From a plasmid: a stretch of DNA of 64,000 bases. Location of the stretch: the sequence record NZ_CP020429.2, one strand, 5' to 3'. This document shows positions 34,674-45,583 of this stretch, piece after piece (within the stretch, counting starts at the first letter, position 1; each line of letters begins with the position of its first letter). Under the pieces are notes generated by a model. It worked only from the letters and a program-made list of their open reading frames with translations. It did not search any database and was not told the DNA's origin. The translations under genes and the position numbers were made by a program.

Positions 34674-35981
34674 TTACTTACAAAATCTGATAGTTTGAGA
34701 AAAGAGATGATTTGCACTACGAGTGGTAATCGTAGATTTAGGGTATTTTTCCAATACGCTATTTACATTATGTAACCCAAGGCCTCTTCCTTCCCCTTTA
34801 CTAGAGTACCCCCTAGCAAAAATATGACTAACATCCACTTTTTCTGAATTTATACTATTTTCAACGATAAGTACCAATGAATCATCATTGTTTATGAAAA
34901 CAACAGTCATTCTAGGACTTGTGGCTTTAATGGTGGCTTCAATGGCATTATCACAAAGGACAGAAAGAACAGTTATGAAATCTAGTAATTCTATCCTAAA
35001 ATTACTAACAGGTTCGTCAATCTCAACAGAAATTGAAATTCCCCTATTTTGTGCCTCAAGTAATTTAGCGGAAAGAATACTTTTGATAGCATCATTCTTA
35101 ATATTACTAAGTTTAGCAATATCAAACTTACTATCATAGAATTGGTTTGCACTATCTCTAAGTACACCATTGTATACAGTTTTAATAGCTTCAATATCTT
35201 GATTATCAATTCCTAATTTTAGACTGGTCAAAATATTAATGTAGTCATGACGGAAACTTCTAATTTCCTCATAAAGTGATTCAACATGATGGCTGTAAAT
35301 AGATAGTTCATTTAATTGAGTATCTTTTTGATCAATTATTTCCTTCTCTAGTTTTTCTTTTGAAATTGCATTGAGATAGAGTAGCATTACAAAAAACAGA
35401 ACAATATAAAAGTTATTAATATGTCCTCTCCAATTATCTGCATCAGCTAATTTGTCTCTATAAATAACAAGTATAGAAACTAAGAGCATATATACAAACA
35501 TAGAGATGTTGATCAGTAACAATAAATACTTGAAATAGTAACGCTTGAAACCTTCTTTTATTTCGTTAAAATCTAACCTAAGAGATTTTACTATGAGTAA
35601 ATGAAGAGGGAAAACCAGTAATTCAATTAAGATATCATACCAACTTAGTTTGACTTCATTGAAGACAGAGACTCTTAGTAGAGGGAAAACGTAGAATGCT
35701 GACATTCTACCTAGCAAGCTTTCAACGATAACGGGGTACAAGCCATAAAAAATATCAAGTGTTTTACTACCATACTTATTTTGATATATGTTATAAGCAA
35801 TAAAGATAAAAAAGAAAGTAAAGTACCCAACAGGAGGACATATGATGAGGAGTAGAACATACAAAAATGGACCAATAATACACCACAAAGGTTTGATTGG
35901 TTGGTTACTAACCTGTTGAAACAGTAACAATGCTACTAAAATCTTAGAATAGAACAGAAATAAATTTATAACTATATCCAT
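34674..35981 (-). CDS. HPK10-family (ComD/BlpH/AgrC-like) peptide-sensing histidine kinase.
   Basis: There are multiple N-terminal TM helices. The H-box is RSFRHDYINILTSL and the G-box is KGEGRGLGLHNV. Confidence 0.8.
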   Translation of the reverse strand: MDIVINLFLFYSKILVALLLFQQVSNQPIKPLWCIIGPFLYVLLLIICPPVGYFTFFFIFIAYNIYQNKYGSKTLDIFYGLYPVIVESLLGRMSAFYVFPLLRVSVFNEVKLSWYDILIELLVFPLHLLIVKSLRLDFNEIKEGFKRYYFKYLLLLINISMFVYMLLVSILVIYRDKLADADNWRGHINNFYIVLFFVMLLYLNAISKEKLEKEIIDQKDTQLNELSIYSHHVESLYEEIRSFRHDYINILTSLKLGIDNQDIEAIKTVYNGVLRDSANQFYDSKFDIAKLSNIKNDAIKSILSAKLLEAQNRGISISVEIDEPVSNFRIELLDFITVLSVLCDNAIEATIKATSPRMTVVFINNDDSLVLIVENSINSEKVDVSHIFARGYSSKGEGRGLGLHNVNSVLEKYPKSTITTRSANHLFSQTIRFCK

Positions 35982-35990
35982 AGAAACACC

Positions 35991-36734
35991 TTAGCTTTTC
36001 AGAGATTTAACTTTTTCTAGGAGGCCCTTATATTTCGTACGCGAAATGGGACATTCATTATTATTTTCAAACATTACCATTTTATCTTCTTTATTGATCC
36101 TAACGATATTTTCAGGATTAACGATAAATGAACGATGGCATCGAAATAGGCGGTCATCAGCTCGTTCAACTTCTGAAATACTGGCGTAGAACTCCATGCG
36201 TTCTTCTTTAGTATGCAAAATAACTTTATGTATTGTTGGAGATGTTTCAAAAAATAAAATATTGTTAAAAGGCACTTGAACATGGGCCGTAGCTGTTTCA
36301 AAAGTAAATGAATCTTGGGCAATAGTGGCACCGATTTTATCCATGGTATATTCAATTGCTAAATGCACACGTTCATAAAACTCTTCATCATCCAAAGCTT
36401 TATCAATAAAATCTAGTGCAGCAACTCTATATTTAAAAGTGACTGGCATAAATTCTGAATGTGTTGTTACAAAAACAATTGTTGCATTAGGGTCTTTTTT
36501 CCGAATTTCTTTTGCAATGTCTAGCCCCTTTTTTTCTTCTCCTTTAATTTCAATATCTAAAAAGAAAAGTTGATGAGAACCTCTTTCGGTAATCGCATCA
36601 AGTAGCTGGCTAGGTTTTCCAAAAATCTCAGGTCCTTTACATTTTAGAGATTTTTTTGCAATAACATCCTTAATAACGGTCTCTATTCGTGTTTGTTGTA
36701 AAAATTCGTCTTCTAAAATAAAAATATTTAACAA
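35991..36734 (-). CDS. LytTR-family response regulator, ComE/BlpR-like.
   Basis: It has a REC domain (MLNIFILEDE..D) and a C-terminal LytTR DNA-binding domain. It lies immediately upstream of the HPK10 kinase. Confidence 0.8.
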   Translation of the reverse strand: MLNIFILEDEFLQQTRIETVIKDVIAKKSLKCKGPEIFGKPSQLLDAITERGSHQLFFLDIEIKGEEKKGLDIAKEIRKKDPNATIVFVTTHSEFMPVTFKYRVAALDFIDKALDDEEFYERVHLAIEYTMDKIGATIAQDSFTFETATAHVQVPFNNILFFETSPTIHKVILHTKEERMEFYASISEVERADDRLFRCHRSFIVNPENIVRINKEDKMVMFENNNECPISRTKYKGLLEKVKSLKS

Positions 36735-37651
36735 TTAGTGTACTCCTCATTCGCTAAAATATTTAGTAATTGTGTCTTCCTTATCCTAAAACAAAAAACA
36801 TCGAAGTCTTTTCCAATATTAAAAATTATATGACTTGTTGTTTTAGATAAGAATGACATTATTTAGGGGTAATTAATGCATTTCTATGGCATCTAAATAA
36901 AAATCCATATTTCTTCTCCAAGTTAATATTGTAAAAGTAGTGATTGGAATAATAAAACCGTTATGTCGTAAACAGTCTAGAAACTATCATCATCAGTATA
37001 TTTTTATCTTATATGACAATAAATGAACCGTTTACGATATTTGACTAATTAAACGGTATAACCAAGCTATAATAAAAATAGAATTGGAGGAGAAGTATGC
37101 TCAATATTGTAAAGCACTTTTGGTTGTTGATTACTGTAAAAAGGTATATAAGAAAATATAAGTTGAAAGTTAAAATTAGTAATCATTTTAATTCGTTAAG
37201 AATTACTACAGCAACCAATTGTCTATATTTTATCACACTTACACATGGATGTAACTATGGGAAAAAAGTCAAAAAAATTAGGCGGTGTAACGTTAGTGCA
37301 CAAATTATTTTATTGATACCAAACATTGATTATAAAAGAATATTCAATGAACATCTCGAACTCTTAGGTGTTATTGATATAAAAAAGTCATTAGCAGGAT
37401 TTACTAATGACATTAGTGGATATCTAGATTACTTTTTTAATATCGAAAAGGTGCACTAACCTACCTGTACATTAATCAGTGTTGGAGTTTTATTGTCTTT
37501 TGAAAACCTCAGGGCTGCACTAGTAGTTCTTAAAAGTTTTTAGTGATGTATCCCAAAGTCCCTCTAAAGTATTATATTAGATTGGGTTTACCACCCAAGC
37601 GAAGTATTATTCCAAAGGGAAAAAGTAGTTTATAATCAGTTATCTTTACAT

Positions 37652-37876
37652 TTGTTGCTCTCTAGCCTTGCATTGATATCAAAAATCTATATAATAATAA
37701 TTAAAACAGAGCCAGAAGAAAGGGTGAGAATTATGTTTATGATCTTGGTTCTATTACTAACATTAGCGAGTTTCTTATATGTTACCATCGGTATCGCCAA
37801 GAAAATCTTTTCAATTTTCGCCTTAATTACACCAATTGTAGTCTTGGGTGTTGGGCTTCTTATCGCTATGAATTAA
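37652..37876 (+). CDS. Small 74-aa two-TM membrane protein.
   Basis: An ORF with a gagccagaagaaagggtgag RBS and two hydrophobic helices. Confidence 0.35.
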   Translation: MLLSSLALISKIYIIIIKTEPEERVRIMFMILVLLLTLASFLYVTIGIAKKIFSIFALITPIVVLGVGLLIAMN

Positions 37877-37966
37877 CAAAAGTCAAGGGGGGTCACTATC
37901 TTACAGGTAGTGACCTTTTTTGTTATGCTTTTAATGTCAAAAAAGACATTAAAGGAGAAACATATG

Positions 37967-39295
37967 AAAGCACTTAAACTTATAAGAGAGGACGGTTATG
38001 AGAACGTCCATTATGCTAGTTTAGGGGAGCAAAAATTTAAAACATTGGTTATTGCAGATAGGAAAGATGAACAAGAACAATGGTTTGAGCAACCAGAAAT
38101 TGAATGTGTCCCAGAAGAAGTTTCAGATATCATTCGAAACTATACACTCCCATATATTGATCTTGGAAATACTGAAGATGAGTATTTGTTAGAACAAGCA
38201 ACTAATAAGGTTGTATCAGTTGTGGTAGAAAATGTGCTTGAAACACAGCCATTTATTCCTAGAAATAGAAATGGTCGCCCTATCGGTGAAGGTGTAGCTT
38301 TCTGCGATATGTTAGTAGGGCGTATCCAAAATGGAGAACTTGCTGGAACAGCAGTTTATATTAAACAAACTGAATCAGGCTTCCGCCAGCCAAAAGATTT
38401 CTTTAAAATGGTTGGACGGATTTTTCCTTGTAAATTAACTGAAATCCATATCCAAACTATCGACAATTATAAACTCACAATCAATAACCCATCAAACTAT
38501 GTTGTTGAAGGTAGTATTGAGTTAGCTGAGTGGTTAACTAATTATCAACTTCTTCAGCAAATTGAAAAGAGTAAAGATAACTCTTCTCGTAATCGAGATA
38601 GAAAAAACATCTTAGAACGTACTCATGAAGGTATTGTATCTGCCGTGATTAACAATGGTAGCAATGCAGGTATCATGGTAATGACCAAAAAATTACAAAC
38701 GGTATTTATTCCAAAACATAGGGTAAGTTATGAGTGTGATTCTTCATTTGTTAACCTAGACGAAGTAGTATCAGTCTTTGATAGGGTGGAATTTAAAATT
38801 ACCGGGGCCAATACCCAAAAACCAAGTCCAAATCAAAGAGAACGTCACATTATCCATGACTATATTCGTATTGAGGGAGATATGAAAGTTCTCGAAGAAG
38901 CACCTCAAGATGCTTTGATTGAGATGATCGATAATAAGAAAGTCATAGGACGATTGTTTAAAGTGCGATTTATCAGTTTTGACCCACAAAGTCTACATAC
39001 AGTAGAGTTGGTTGACTTTCCAGGAATCAAAATTAAAATGAAGGACTCAGGTTCTTTAAATAGAGTTCCTTTTAAGCAAGGAGATGAAATTTCAGTTGTT
39101 ATTCAAGATGCTCATTATCGCTGGGTAGACGCAAATAGCAGGGGGCGTCGAGTGGCTAAAAAAACTGAAGAAGTGAGCAGTAATTCACAGAATACGGAAG
39201 AGAAAAAATGTCTGTTTCGTATCAAATCACGTTTCAATAGTTTCTATCCAAATCGTGTGAACAGTAAAATCTTATCGACATTTTTTATTAGTTGA
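37967..39295 (+). CDS. Hypothetical protein of about 440 aa.
   Basis: The likely start is ATG 37967 (MKALKLIRE), with the RBS aaaggagaaacat upstream. The track's upstream extension from 37910 is probably spurious. Confidence 0.4.
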   Translation, partial: KALKLIREDGYENVHYASLGEQKFKTLVIADRKDEQEQWFEQPEIECVPEEVSDIIRNYTLPYIDLGNTEDEYLLEQATNKVVSVVVENVLETQPFIPRNRNGRPIGEGVAFCDMLVGRIQNGELAGTAVYIKQTESGFRQPKDFFKMVGRIFPCKLTEIHIQTIDNYKLTINNPSNYVVEGSIELAEWLTNYQLLQQIEKSKDNSSRNRDRKNILERTHEGIVSAVINNGSNAGIMVMTKKLQTVFIPKHRVSYECDSSFVNLDEVVSVFDRVEFKITGANTQKPSPNQRERHIIHDYIRIEGDMKVLEEAPQDALIEMIDNKKVIGRLFKVRFISFDPQSLHTVELVDFPGIKIKMKDSGSLNRVPFKQGDEISVVIQDAHYRWVDANSRGRRVAKKTEEVSSNSQNTEEKKCLFRIKSRFNSFYPNRVNSKILSTFFIS

Positions 39296-39369
39296 GTCGC
39301 ATATAGTTCCCTCTGAAATGGGAACTTTTTGTTTACGTTCGGAACAGAAAAATTTAACAAGGAGGGATC

Positions 39370-39858
39370 ATGAATCATCACAATATCAATGCTATTGTCT
39401 ATTATTTGATAGTCTTTTTTCGGTATGTCTTACCTATTACCTTGGTCTTCATCGGTATCGGTAGGTGGAGTTATGCTAAATCTATCAATAATCCAGAGAA
39501 ACAAATCATGGGAGTAAATTTTGCCTTAAAATCAATTTTATTCTTATATATCGTTACTTTTATCCCTATTTTTATTATCTATGGACTCGCAATGATATCA
39601 AAGGGAGGAACACATAGTGGTGACTTCTCTATGATTAGTTTCGTAGAGGTCTTTACCCTAATAGAAATTCTAGCAGTTGGAATATTACCTGCATATGGTT
39701 TCATACAGGGATACATATATCACTATCAATGGTTGATTACAGAAGGTAAGAAAACAACAAGCTTACCTCGACGAAATCTATTCATTAGACTTGGAATAAT
39801 AAGTCCGATTGCTATTGTTGTATTTATGGAAGTCTTGAAAAAAATGTTTGCTTACTAG
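39370..39858 (+). CDS. Integral membrane protein, 4 TM.
   Basis: The RBS is aaggaggg and there are four hydrophobic segments. Confidence 0.4.
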   Translation: MNHHNINAIVYYLIVFFRYVLPITLVFIGIGRWSYAKSINNPEKQIMGVNFALKSILFLYIVTFIPIFIIYGLAMISKGGTHSGDFSMISFVEVFTLIEILAVGILPAYGFIQGYIYHYQWLITEGKKTTSLPRRNLFIRLGIISPIAIVVFMEVLKKMFAY

Positions 39859-39869
39859 AGAGGTGCTTT

Positions 39870-42800
39870 ATGCGGAAAATCTTAAAATTATTTTTTAATC
39901 GTTATTATACAAATGGTAAGCGAACTATAGATATCTTACTGTATTGTTGGCGAAAATATATTGATTGGGTATATCATATATCTTTTGGATTATTTGCTTT
40001 CAATATTATTATGTTTATCTTTAGATGGCGTTTACCTAATTGGGTATTTATATCTTTATTTATATTTTTGTTCGTTAATATGGCTTTAGTTTTATACATT
40101 GGTGTATGGCACAGTAATGTTACAAGTCGTCAAATTTTCGTGTTATTTGAAAAATATGATACCCTAAAACGAGCAGAACGAAAGAAGATTATTGCTAAGT
40201 ATGCTATAAGAGCAGCACTAGCAGCAGTACTTATATCTTCTGGATTATATGTACTAACAATCAATAACTTTATCTTATCCCTCATCAATCGTATGTATGA
40301 TGTAGCAGATAATTATCTCAAATATATGCCCTGGTCGATACCAAATGGAAGTCAGACAGGTATTGTATTAAGTTATCATACCCTAAAACCCTTAATAGGA
40401 GCTGACTGGTTCAACAGTTTGTTATTGTTAACTCCGATTGGAGCAATTGGTCTTATTTTTTACAATAGCTATGCGACTGGGATTGCTGAAAAAACCTATG
40501 AGAAACTTGTTGAGCAATGGCTAGGAGGACGTTACTTCCAAGATAGTGTATTAAGTAATATTGTTCATAATCAAGATGAAAAAGGTCAAGCAAATTTGGT
40601 TATGGGACTTAACTCTAAAACTGGAGAGCAAGTGATTTTACACGCTAACGAGAGGACTTATCACACTATTATCTTTGGTTTGATTGGTACTGGTAAATCG
40701 GCAACGATTCTGATTCCAGCAATGCTACAGGATATGGAAAATATGAAATACTATCTATTATCCTATCGTAAGTATTTGATGAAAGTAGATAAAGAACTGG
40801 AACAAGAATTCTTTAGCACAGAGTTTGAACGTAAGAAAAAAAGACGTGAATTGTTGGAGCAGTGGTATAACAATGGTTATGCTGCAGAGCTTACAAATGG
40901 TATTTATATGACTGAACCATCAGGTTCGATGTATGGCACAATTGTTAAGTACGCTCATAAAATGGGCTTCCCTGATGAAATGATTTGGACTCTAGATCCT
41001 ACTAACCCAGGAACTGGTGCAATAAATATTTTGGATGGAGATACTACTCAGGTGAAAGGGGCTGTTCGAGACTTATTTAAACGATTTAGTGATCCAAGTG
41101 GGACTGGTTCTTCTTTCTTCCTTAACCAAGAAGGACAACTTACTGATAATATCATTACGGTCATTAAAGAGGTAGCATTGATACCAGATGCCCCAATAAA
41201 CTACATGTTAAAAGGTAAATCTCCAACACTAACTGAATTCTCAAATATGTTGCGTTCTAGTGATTGGATTGAAGCCTATATTGCAGTTTTTGAACAATTA
41301 CTCAATCGAAAGAAAAGGCTTTTTGAAGAAACGTTGAAAAAGCATGAAGAGTTCTTAGAGCAGGAAAAAGAAAAGTGGTTAGAGGAATCAGAGTACAATC
41401 GTGAACACGAACAACTCTTTGATACTATCCTTAGACCAGAGAATGTTCATGAAGCTATAAACGCATTTAATGATGAAAGAAATAAACTTGAAAACCTCCA
41501 AAGTTCTTATGATTATTTCATCAATGCTCATCAATTAAATTCGTACACAGAGGAATATTATTATACCTTTGATGCTAACGTGTCTGGTCTAAAAGCAGTT
41601 ATTGATGACCTATCATCTTCACCAGAAATCCGTCGTGTATTTTTCTCTCAAAGTACCAAAGATTTAGATATTGTTTTAAAAACGGGTGGAATGATTTTGG
41701 TCAATTCTGCTAAAGGTGTTCTTGGTAAAGAAAAGTCTCGAATGGTAGCACAGATGGTGACACTAGTTATGCAAAATGCTGCTCAAAGACGTCTCCCAGA
41801 TAAGTCTCCATTCTTTGCTTTTTACGAAGATGAAAAGAATGGTTACTTGATGCCAGGTAATGATAGTAACTTCCTAGATGAGTCTCGTAAGTTCCATGTT
41901 CCAGTTATGCATGCTTATCAACATGATGAACAAATTAGGGATTCTATTGGCGAATCTGGGGCTGATGCAATCAAGATGTCTTATCGTAATGCCTTTACTT
42001 TCCAACAAACCTCAACAAAGGTTGTAGAGTTCATTAATCTACGTTCAGGAGGAAAACATTATTCACTTAAAGAAACCAAACGTGCAGCAAACGATGATCT
42101 CTTAGCAGGGAATCAAGGGAACTCAAGTGCGACTTCAGAGGAAGTAGTAGAAGAAGATAACTTCACTGCCAGAGATGCAAATAACCTAGAGAAATTCCAA
42201 GTTGGTGGTGTTATCGTCAGTGATGATGAAGTCTCAAATATGATTTATTTGACAACATCTCCGCATTTTGAAATGGATATTTCAAAGGACTCTTTTGTCT
42301 CACATACACCTTTCAATAAGGTTTATGGGCTTGGAGAGGAAGAACCGGAAATTGCAAAAGCATACAAGTTGTGGAGAGCAGAAGTGATAGAATATTACGC
42401 TCAAAAAGAGTCTGAAAGTCACCTCTATGAAAGTGATTTTACTGAAGAAGAATGGCAAGCAATTATGGATGTTAAGGTACCAAATGTTGATAGTAATGTA
42501 AATGATACAGTTGGTAAAAAAGATGATTCTCCATCAGTTAAAAGAACAATCTTAGTCAACGAAAGTATGACAGAACATAGAGAAAACACTTCAATTAGAG
42601 AAGAGATGACAGAGGACACTGAGCAAAAAGTGGAGGTCGATATCTCTGAAATTCCACCAGTTGTTGAAGAAAAACAAACTGTAAATAGCAAAAATGATAT
42701 TGGTGAGTTAGAGGATAAAGAAATAACTCAAAGAGTGATCCTAGCTCCATCATCTACACCCGAAACAGTCGATACTCAAAATATTCAAGCACCTAATCAA

Positions 42801-42908
42801 GAGTTTGAATTACCTCAAGAACTCTCTCGTGTAGCTCGTGAGAAAGCAACTAAAACTTTAAAAAGTAATGTAGAACAAATGGCTATTGATGAAGAAGAAG
42901 GTTTTTAG
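39870..42908 (+). CDS. Type IV coupling protein of the VirD4/TraG/TraD family, with a long acidic C-terminal tail.
   Basis: There are N-terminal TM helices. The Walker A is GLIGTGKSATIL and the Walker B is FFAFYEDEKNG. The T4CP signature HVPVMHAYQHDEQIRDSIGESGADAIKMSYRNAFTFQQT matches hQslsQL...YG.e.a.til.N. The last roughly 250 aa are E/D-rich. Confidence 0.6.
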   Translation: MRKILKLFFNRYYTNGKRTIDILLYCWRKYIDWVYHISFGLFAFNIIMFIFRWRLPNWVFISLFIFLFVNMALVLYIGVWHSNVTSRQIFVLFEKYDTLKRAERKKIIAKYAIRAALAAVLISSGLYVLTINNFILSLINRMYDVADNYLKYMPWSIPNGSQTGIVLSYHTLKPLIGADWFNSLLLLTPIGAIGLIFYNSYATGIAEKTYEKLVEQWLGGRYFQDSVLSNIVHNQDEKGQANLVMGLNSKTGEQVILHANERTYHTIIFGLIGTGKSATILIPAMLQDMENMKYYLLSYRKYLMKVDKELEQEFFSTEFERKKKRRELLEQWYNNGYAAELTNGIYMTEPSGSMYGTIVKYAHKMGFPDEMIWTLDPTNPGTGAINILDGDTTQVKGAVRDLFKRFSDPSGTGSSFFLNQEGQLTDNIITVIKEVALIPDAPINYMLKGKSPTLTEFSNMLRSSDWIEAYIAVFEQLLNRKKRLFEETLKKHEEFLEQEKEKWLEESEYNREHEQLFDTILRPENVHEAINAFNDERNKLENLQSSYDYFINAHQLNSYTEEYYYTFDANVSGLKAVIDDLSSSPEIRRVFFSQSTKDLDIVLKTGGMILVNSAKGVLGKEKSRMVAQMVTLVMQNAAQRRLPDKSPFFAFYEDEKNGYLMPGNDSNFLDESRKFHVPVMHAYQHDEQIRDSIGESGADAIKMSYRNAFTFQQTSTKVVEFINLRSGGKHYSLKETKRAANDDLLAGNQGNSSATSEEVVEEDNFTARDANNLEKFQVGGVIVSDDEVSNMIYLTTSPHFEMDISKDSFVSHTPFNKVYGLGEEEPEIAKAYKLWRAEVIEYYAQKESESHLYESDFTEEEWQAIMDVKVPNVDSNVNDTVGKKDDSPSVKRTILVNESMTEHRENTSIREEMTEDTEQKVEVDISEIPPVVEEKQTVNSKNDIGELEDKEITQRVILAPSSTPETVDTQNIQAPNQEFELPQELSRVAREKATKTLKSNVEQMAIDEEEGF

Positions 42909-42917
42909 ATAACATAA

Positions 42918-42945
42918 AAAGCAACGGATTTCCGTTGCTTTTGTT
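42918..42945. terminator. Bidirectional hairpin terminator between convergent genes.
   Basis: The hairpin is aaaagcaacggatttccgttgcttttg. Confidence 0.6.
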
Positions 42946-43254
42946 CTAATTTTGAGAGTCATTATATGTTTCTTTATTAGTCTTCTCAGCCTCCTTTCTT
43001 GCTTTTTCTGCAGCTTTTTTATTCTTAATTTCTTTCTTTACCTCTTTAACCTTATTTTGTGTTTCAACAACTAACTCATCAATAGATAAATCTGGATTTT
43101 CTAGTTTTTTCAATTCGAAATAGAGCTGACCTAGTTTATCAGTTTGTGATTTTTGATAGGCCTTAAGCTGTTCCATAGCATCTTTTTTTTGTTGTTCGTA
43201 TGCCTCAATTTCCTTAATAAAATCTGATTCAGTTTTTTTGTTTTTTCCTGCCAT
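42946..43254 (-). CDS. Small Lys/Glu-rich coiled-coil protein of 102 aa.
   Basis: An ORF with compositional bias. Confidence 0.35.
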   Translation of the reverse strand: MAGKNKKTESDFIKEIEAYEQQKKDAMEQLKAYQKSQTDKLGQLYFELKKLENPDLSIDELVVETQNKVKEVKKEIKNKKAAEKARKEAEKTNKETYNDSQN

Positions 43255-43794
43255 AATTTGCTCCTTAATTATTAATTATATCTAATAGTATAGAGCAAGA
43301 ATATTAAAAGTCAACCCATGTCACTCCCTTGAAAATAATCTATTCTAGGGTATACTGAACACTATAGCGACCTATTATAAATGAATCCTAAATGTAGTTA
43401 TTAAGTGCTTAAAACCCCATAAAACCGGTTGTTACGAGTGTTATGTAATAACCAGAATTTATGAATGAAAGTACAGAGAGAACAAAAGTCTAAGAGTTTA
43501 CGGTATTTATTGGGTTGACGACTAATATTAGAAACTCGTAAATCATAAATGAGTAAATAGTGGCTACTATTTAGCTAGAATAAACCATGTTTTTTAGGGA
43601 TTATCGTTATAAAAATAAACTACGACGTTATGAATGAGAGGAGATGAAAGTATCAATCAGCATTTTACGGGCACAAGAGAATGCTTGTGTAGGGCAATAG
43701 CAAAGGCATAACACGATTTTAAAAGTAATCGTTGCACTCTTCGAAAAAAGACCAGACTATATACCCTATTGATTGACTATTTTAGGACTACAAA

Positions 43795-45063
43795 ATGCAA
43801 GATATAAAAAATAGAGATTTTACCTCACTTATTTCAAATAAAAAAAATAAAATTCATTACACCCAGAGGAATAAAATAGCTACTTATTTTGTTTCAAAAA
43901 ATCAAAATATCTCTCTGTCGTTTTCAGAAGAGGAGCTTATCATCTTTTATCATCTACTAAGGTTTGGTTATTTTGATAAGGAAATCATAGACCTCATTTA
44001 TACTGCAGTAACTCGAAAATCTAAAACCCCTAATTCATGGTTTTATCGTCTTGTTGGGAAGGTGAATCATCCTATTTCAGCATGTTCGGATGCTAGAAGC
44101 GGTAAGAGAAAAATATATTATCTGAACAAAGGCTTTAGTACCTGGTTGCTTACTATGATTAAGGGTATTGATAAAATACGGTTGCTGACGACAACGACAG
44201 AATATGATAGGTCAGTATATAGCATTGTCAGTAATAATCTTCTAGGAGGAAAACCTCAAACCGTAAATATTCATGATCTAGAGACCAGACGTTTAGTTGC
44301 TAAAATCTTAAACAAGCTTTTTTTTAAAAACCAAGACAAGTCTGTTTACGACCTTAACATACAAGTCGTATTTCCTATTAGTCGGGTTAATCTTTTAATG
44401 GTTCCTGATGCTGTTGTATTTGTGAACGATAACCCTTTTTTTATTGAGTATGACCGAGCAACAGAACGTCAAACAATTCTACTTTCTAAAATATTTGGTT
44501 ACGCAGAAGAACCAGCATTCGAAAATTCTAGTTTATTTTTCGTTTTTGAGAGTAGTCGTAAAGATAATACGCAAGTATCTAAACGTTTAATGAACTTTTT
44601 GGAATATGTAAATGAGGTTGAGGTTGAAGGTGTGACTGGACATGACATGTTAAAGCGTAAAAATATTTCTTTATTCAGTCAAACAACAACAAATGCTTCT
44701 GACGTTATTGTCGAAATCATTCAAGAAAAGATGTTTTCAAATCATAAAGATTGGTGTGATTGCGATGCTTATGATTTTTCTGAACTGCAGAAAATAGATT
44801 ATCTTGTAAAGGAGATATCAGAACCTTTAGATGATGATAAATTCCAGTTATCAGCTGTTGTTGAAACTGACTCATGGGAATTGAAAGAGTACCCTATGAT
44901 ACCTATGGCATATATCAAAAATGACTTGATTCCACACTTAACTAGTTTATATGAAGAATTCTCAATAGAGTATGAACATATGATCATTGTATTCCCTAAA
45001 GAGGTTTTACCAGAAAAAATCAAACTCCCTTTTGATGATTATTTCATTATTGTTTATAGATAG
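43795..45063 (+). CDS. Hypothetical 422-aa protein. A possible relaxase or replication-relaxation-type mobilisation protein.
   Basis: The ORF lies in the IME-like block next to the T4CP. No HxH or Tyr motif could be confirmed. Confidence 0.3.
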   Translation: MQDIKNRDFTSLISNKKNKIHYTQRNKIATYFVSKNQNISLSFSEEELIIFYHLLRFGYFDKEIIDLIYTAVTRKSKTPNSWFYRLVGKVNHPISACSDARSGKRKIYYLNKGFSTWLLTMIKGIDKIRLLTTTTEYDRSVYSIVSNNLLGGKPQTVNIHDLETRRLVAKILNKLFFKNQDKSVYDLNIQVVFPISRVNLLMVPDAVVFVNDNPFFIEYDRATERQTILLSKIFGYAEEPAFENSSLFFVFESSRKDNTQVSKRLMNFLEYVNEVEVEGVTGHDMLKRKNISLFSQTTTNASDVIVEIIQEKMFSNHKDWCDCDAYDFSELQKIDYLVKEISEPLDDDKFQLSAVVETDSWELKEYPMIPMAYIKNDLIPHLTSLYEEFSIEYEHMIIVFPKEVLPEKIKLPFDDYFIIVYR

Positions 45064-45080
45064 AGTAAAGGTGTTTGTAA

Positions 45081-45443
45081 ATGGATTATTTGGAATACTT
45101 AGGGAGAAGACTAGTATGGTTAGTTGTTTCGCTTGTAGTTGTAATCGTAGTAAAAAGACCAAAGATTTTGAAAAGGCTAGCCATAGTTAGTGATGCAGCT
45201 ATTGGAAAAATCCACTACTTTATTTTTCTAACGATTGCTTGGTTGATTCTTGTCACATATTTTATTTTGTACTTGTTTATGGTAGTTACTTTTTTCCTAT
45301 CATGGCGTTCTCTATCACTTAATAATGTGATGGAAATTATTTTACAAACGGTATTAATCATCCCAACGCTCTATACTTTATTTGTCCCACATAACGAGGT
45401 TATCAAGAAGGTTGATGAATTCTTATCAGCGAAAAAAGAATAA
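45081..45443 (+). CDS. Membrane protein of 120 aa.
   Basis: An ORF with three hydrophobic helices. Confidence 0.35.
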   Translation: MDYLEYLGRRLVWLVVSLVVVIVVKRPKILKRLAIVSDAAIGKIHYFIFLTIAWLILVTYFILYLFMVVTFFLSWRSLSLNNVMEIILQTVLIIPTLYTLFVPHNEVIKKVDEFLSAKKE

Positions 45444-45583
45444 GTCACGCGCAGCAACTGCAACATATTATCATTCTCTCAACTATTTAAAAGTATGTAG
45501 GAAAGTCACATGATAGTTTGAATTTGTTGTAAGTATCAGGTGTTGTTTTAAAGATAAAAAAGATTGAAAGGTAACGGTAATTA

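Noticed and set aside
37097-37459. 120-aa ORF between the orphan LytTR regulator and the IME block, considered as a possible pheromone gene for the orphan kinase/regulator pair.
   Set aside because: It has no double-glycine leader, is Lys-rich with low-complexity composition, and has only a weak RBS context. It is probably spurious. No GG-leader sORF was found by eye in 34.4-37.6 kb.
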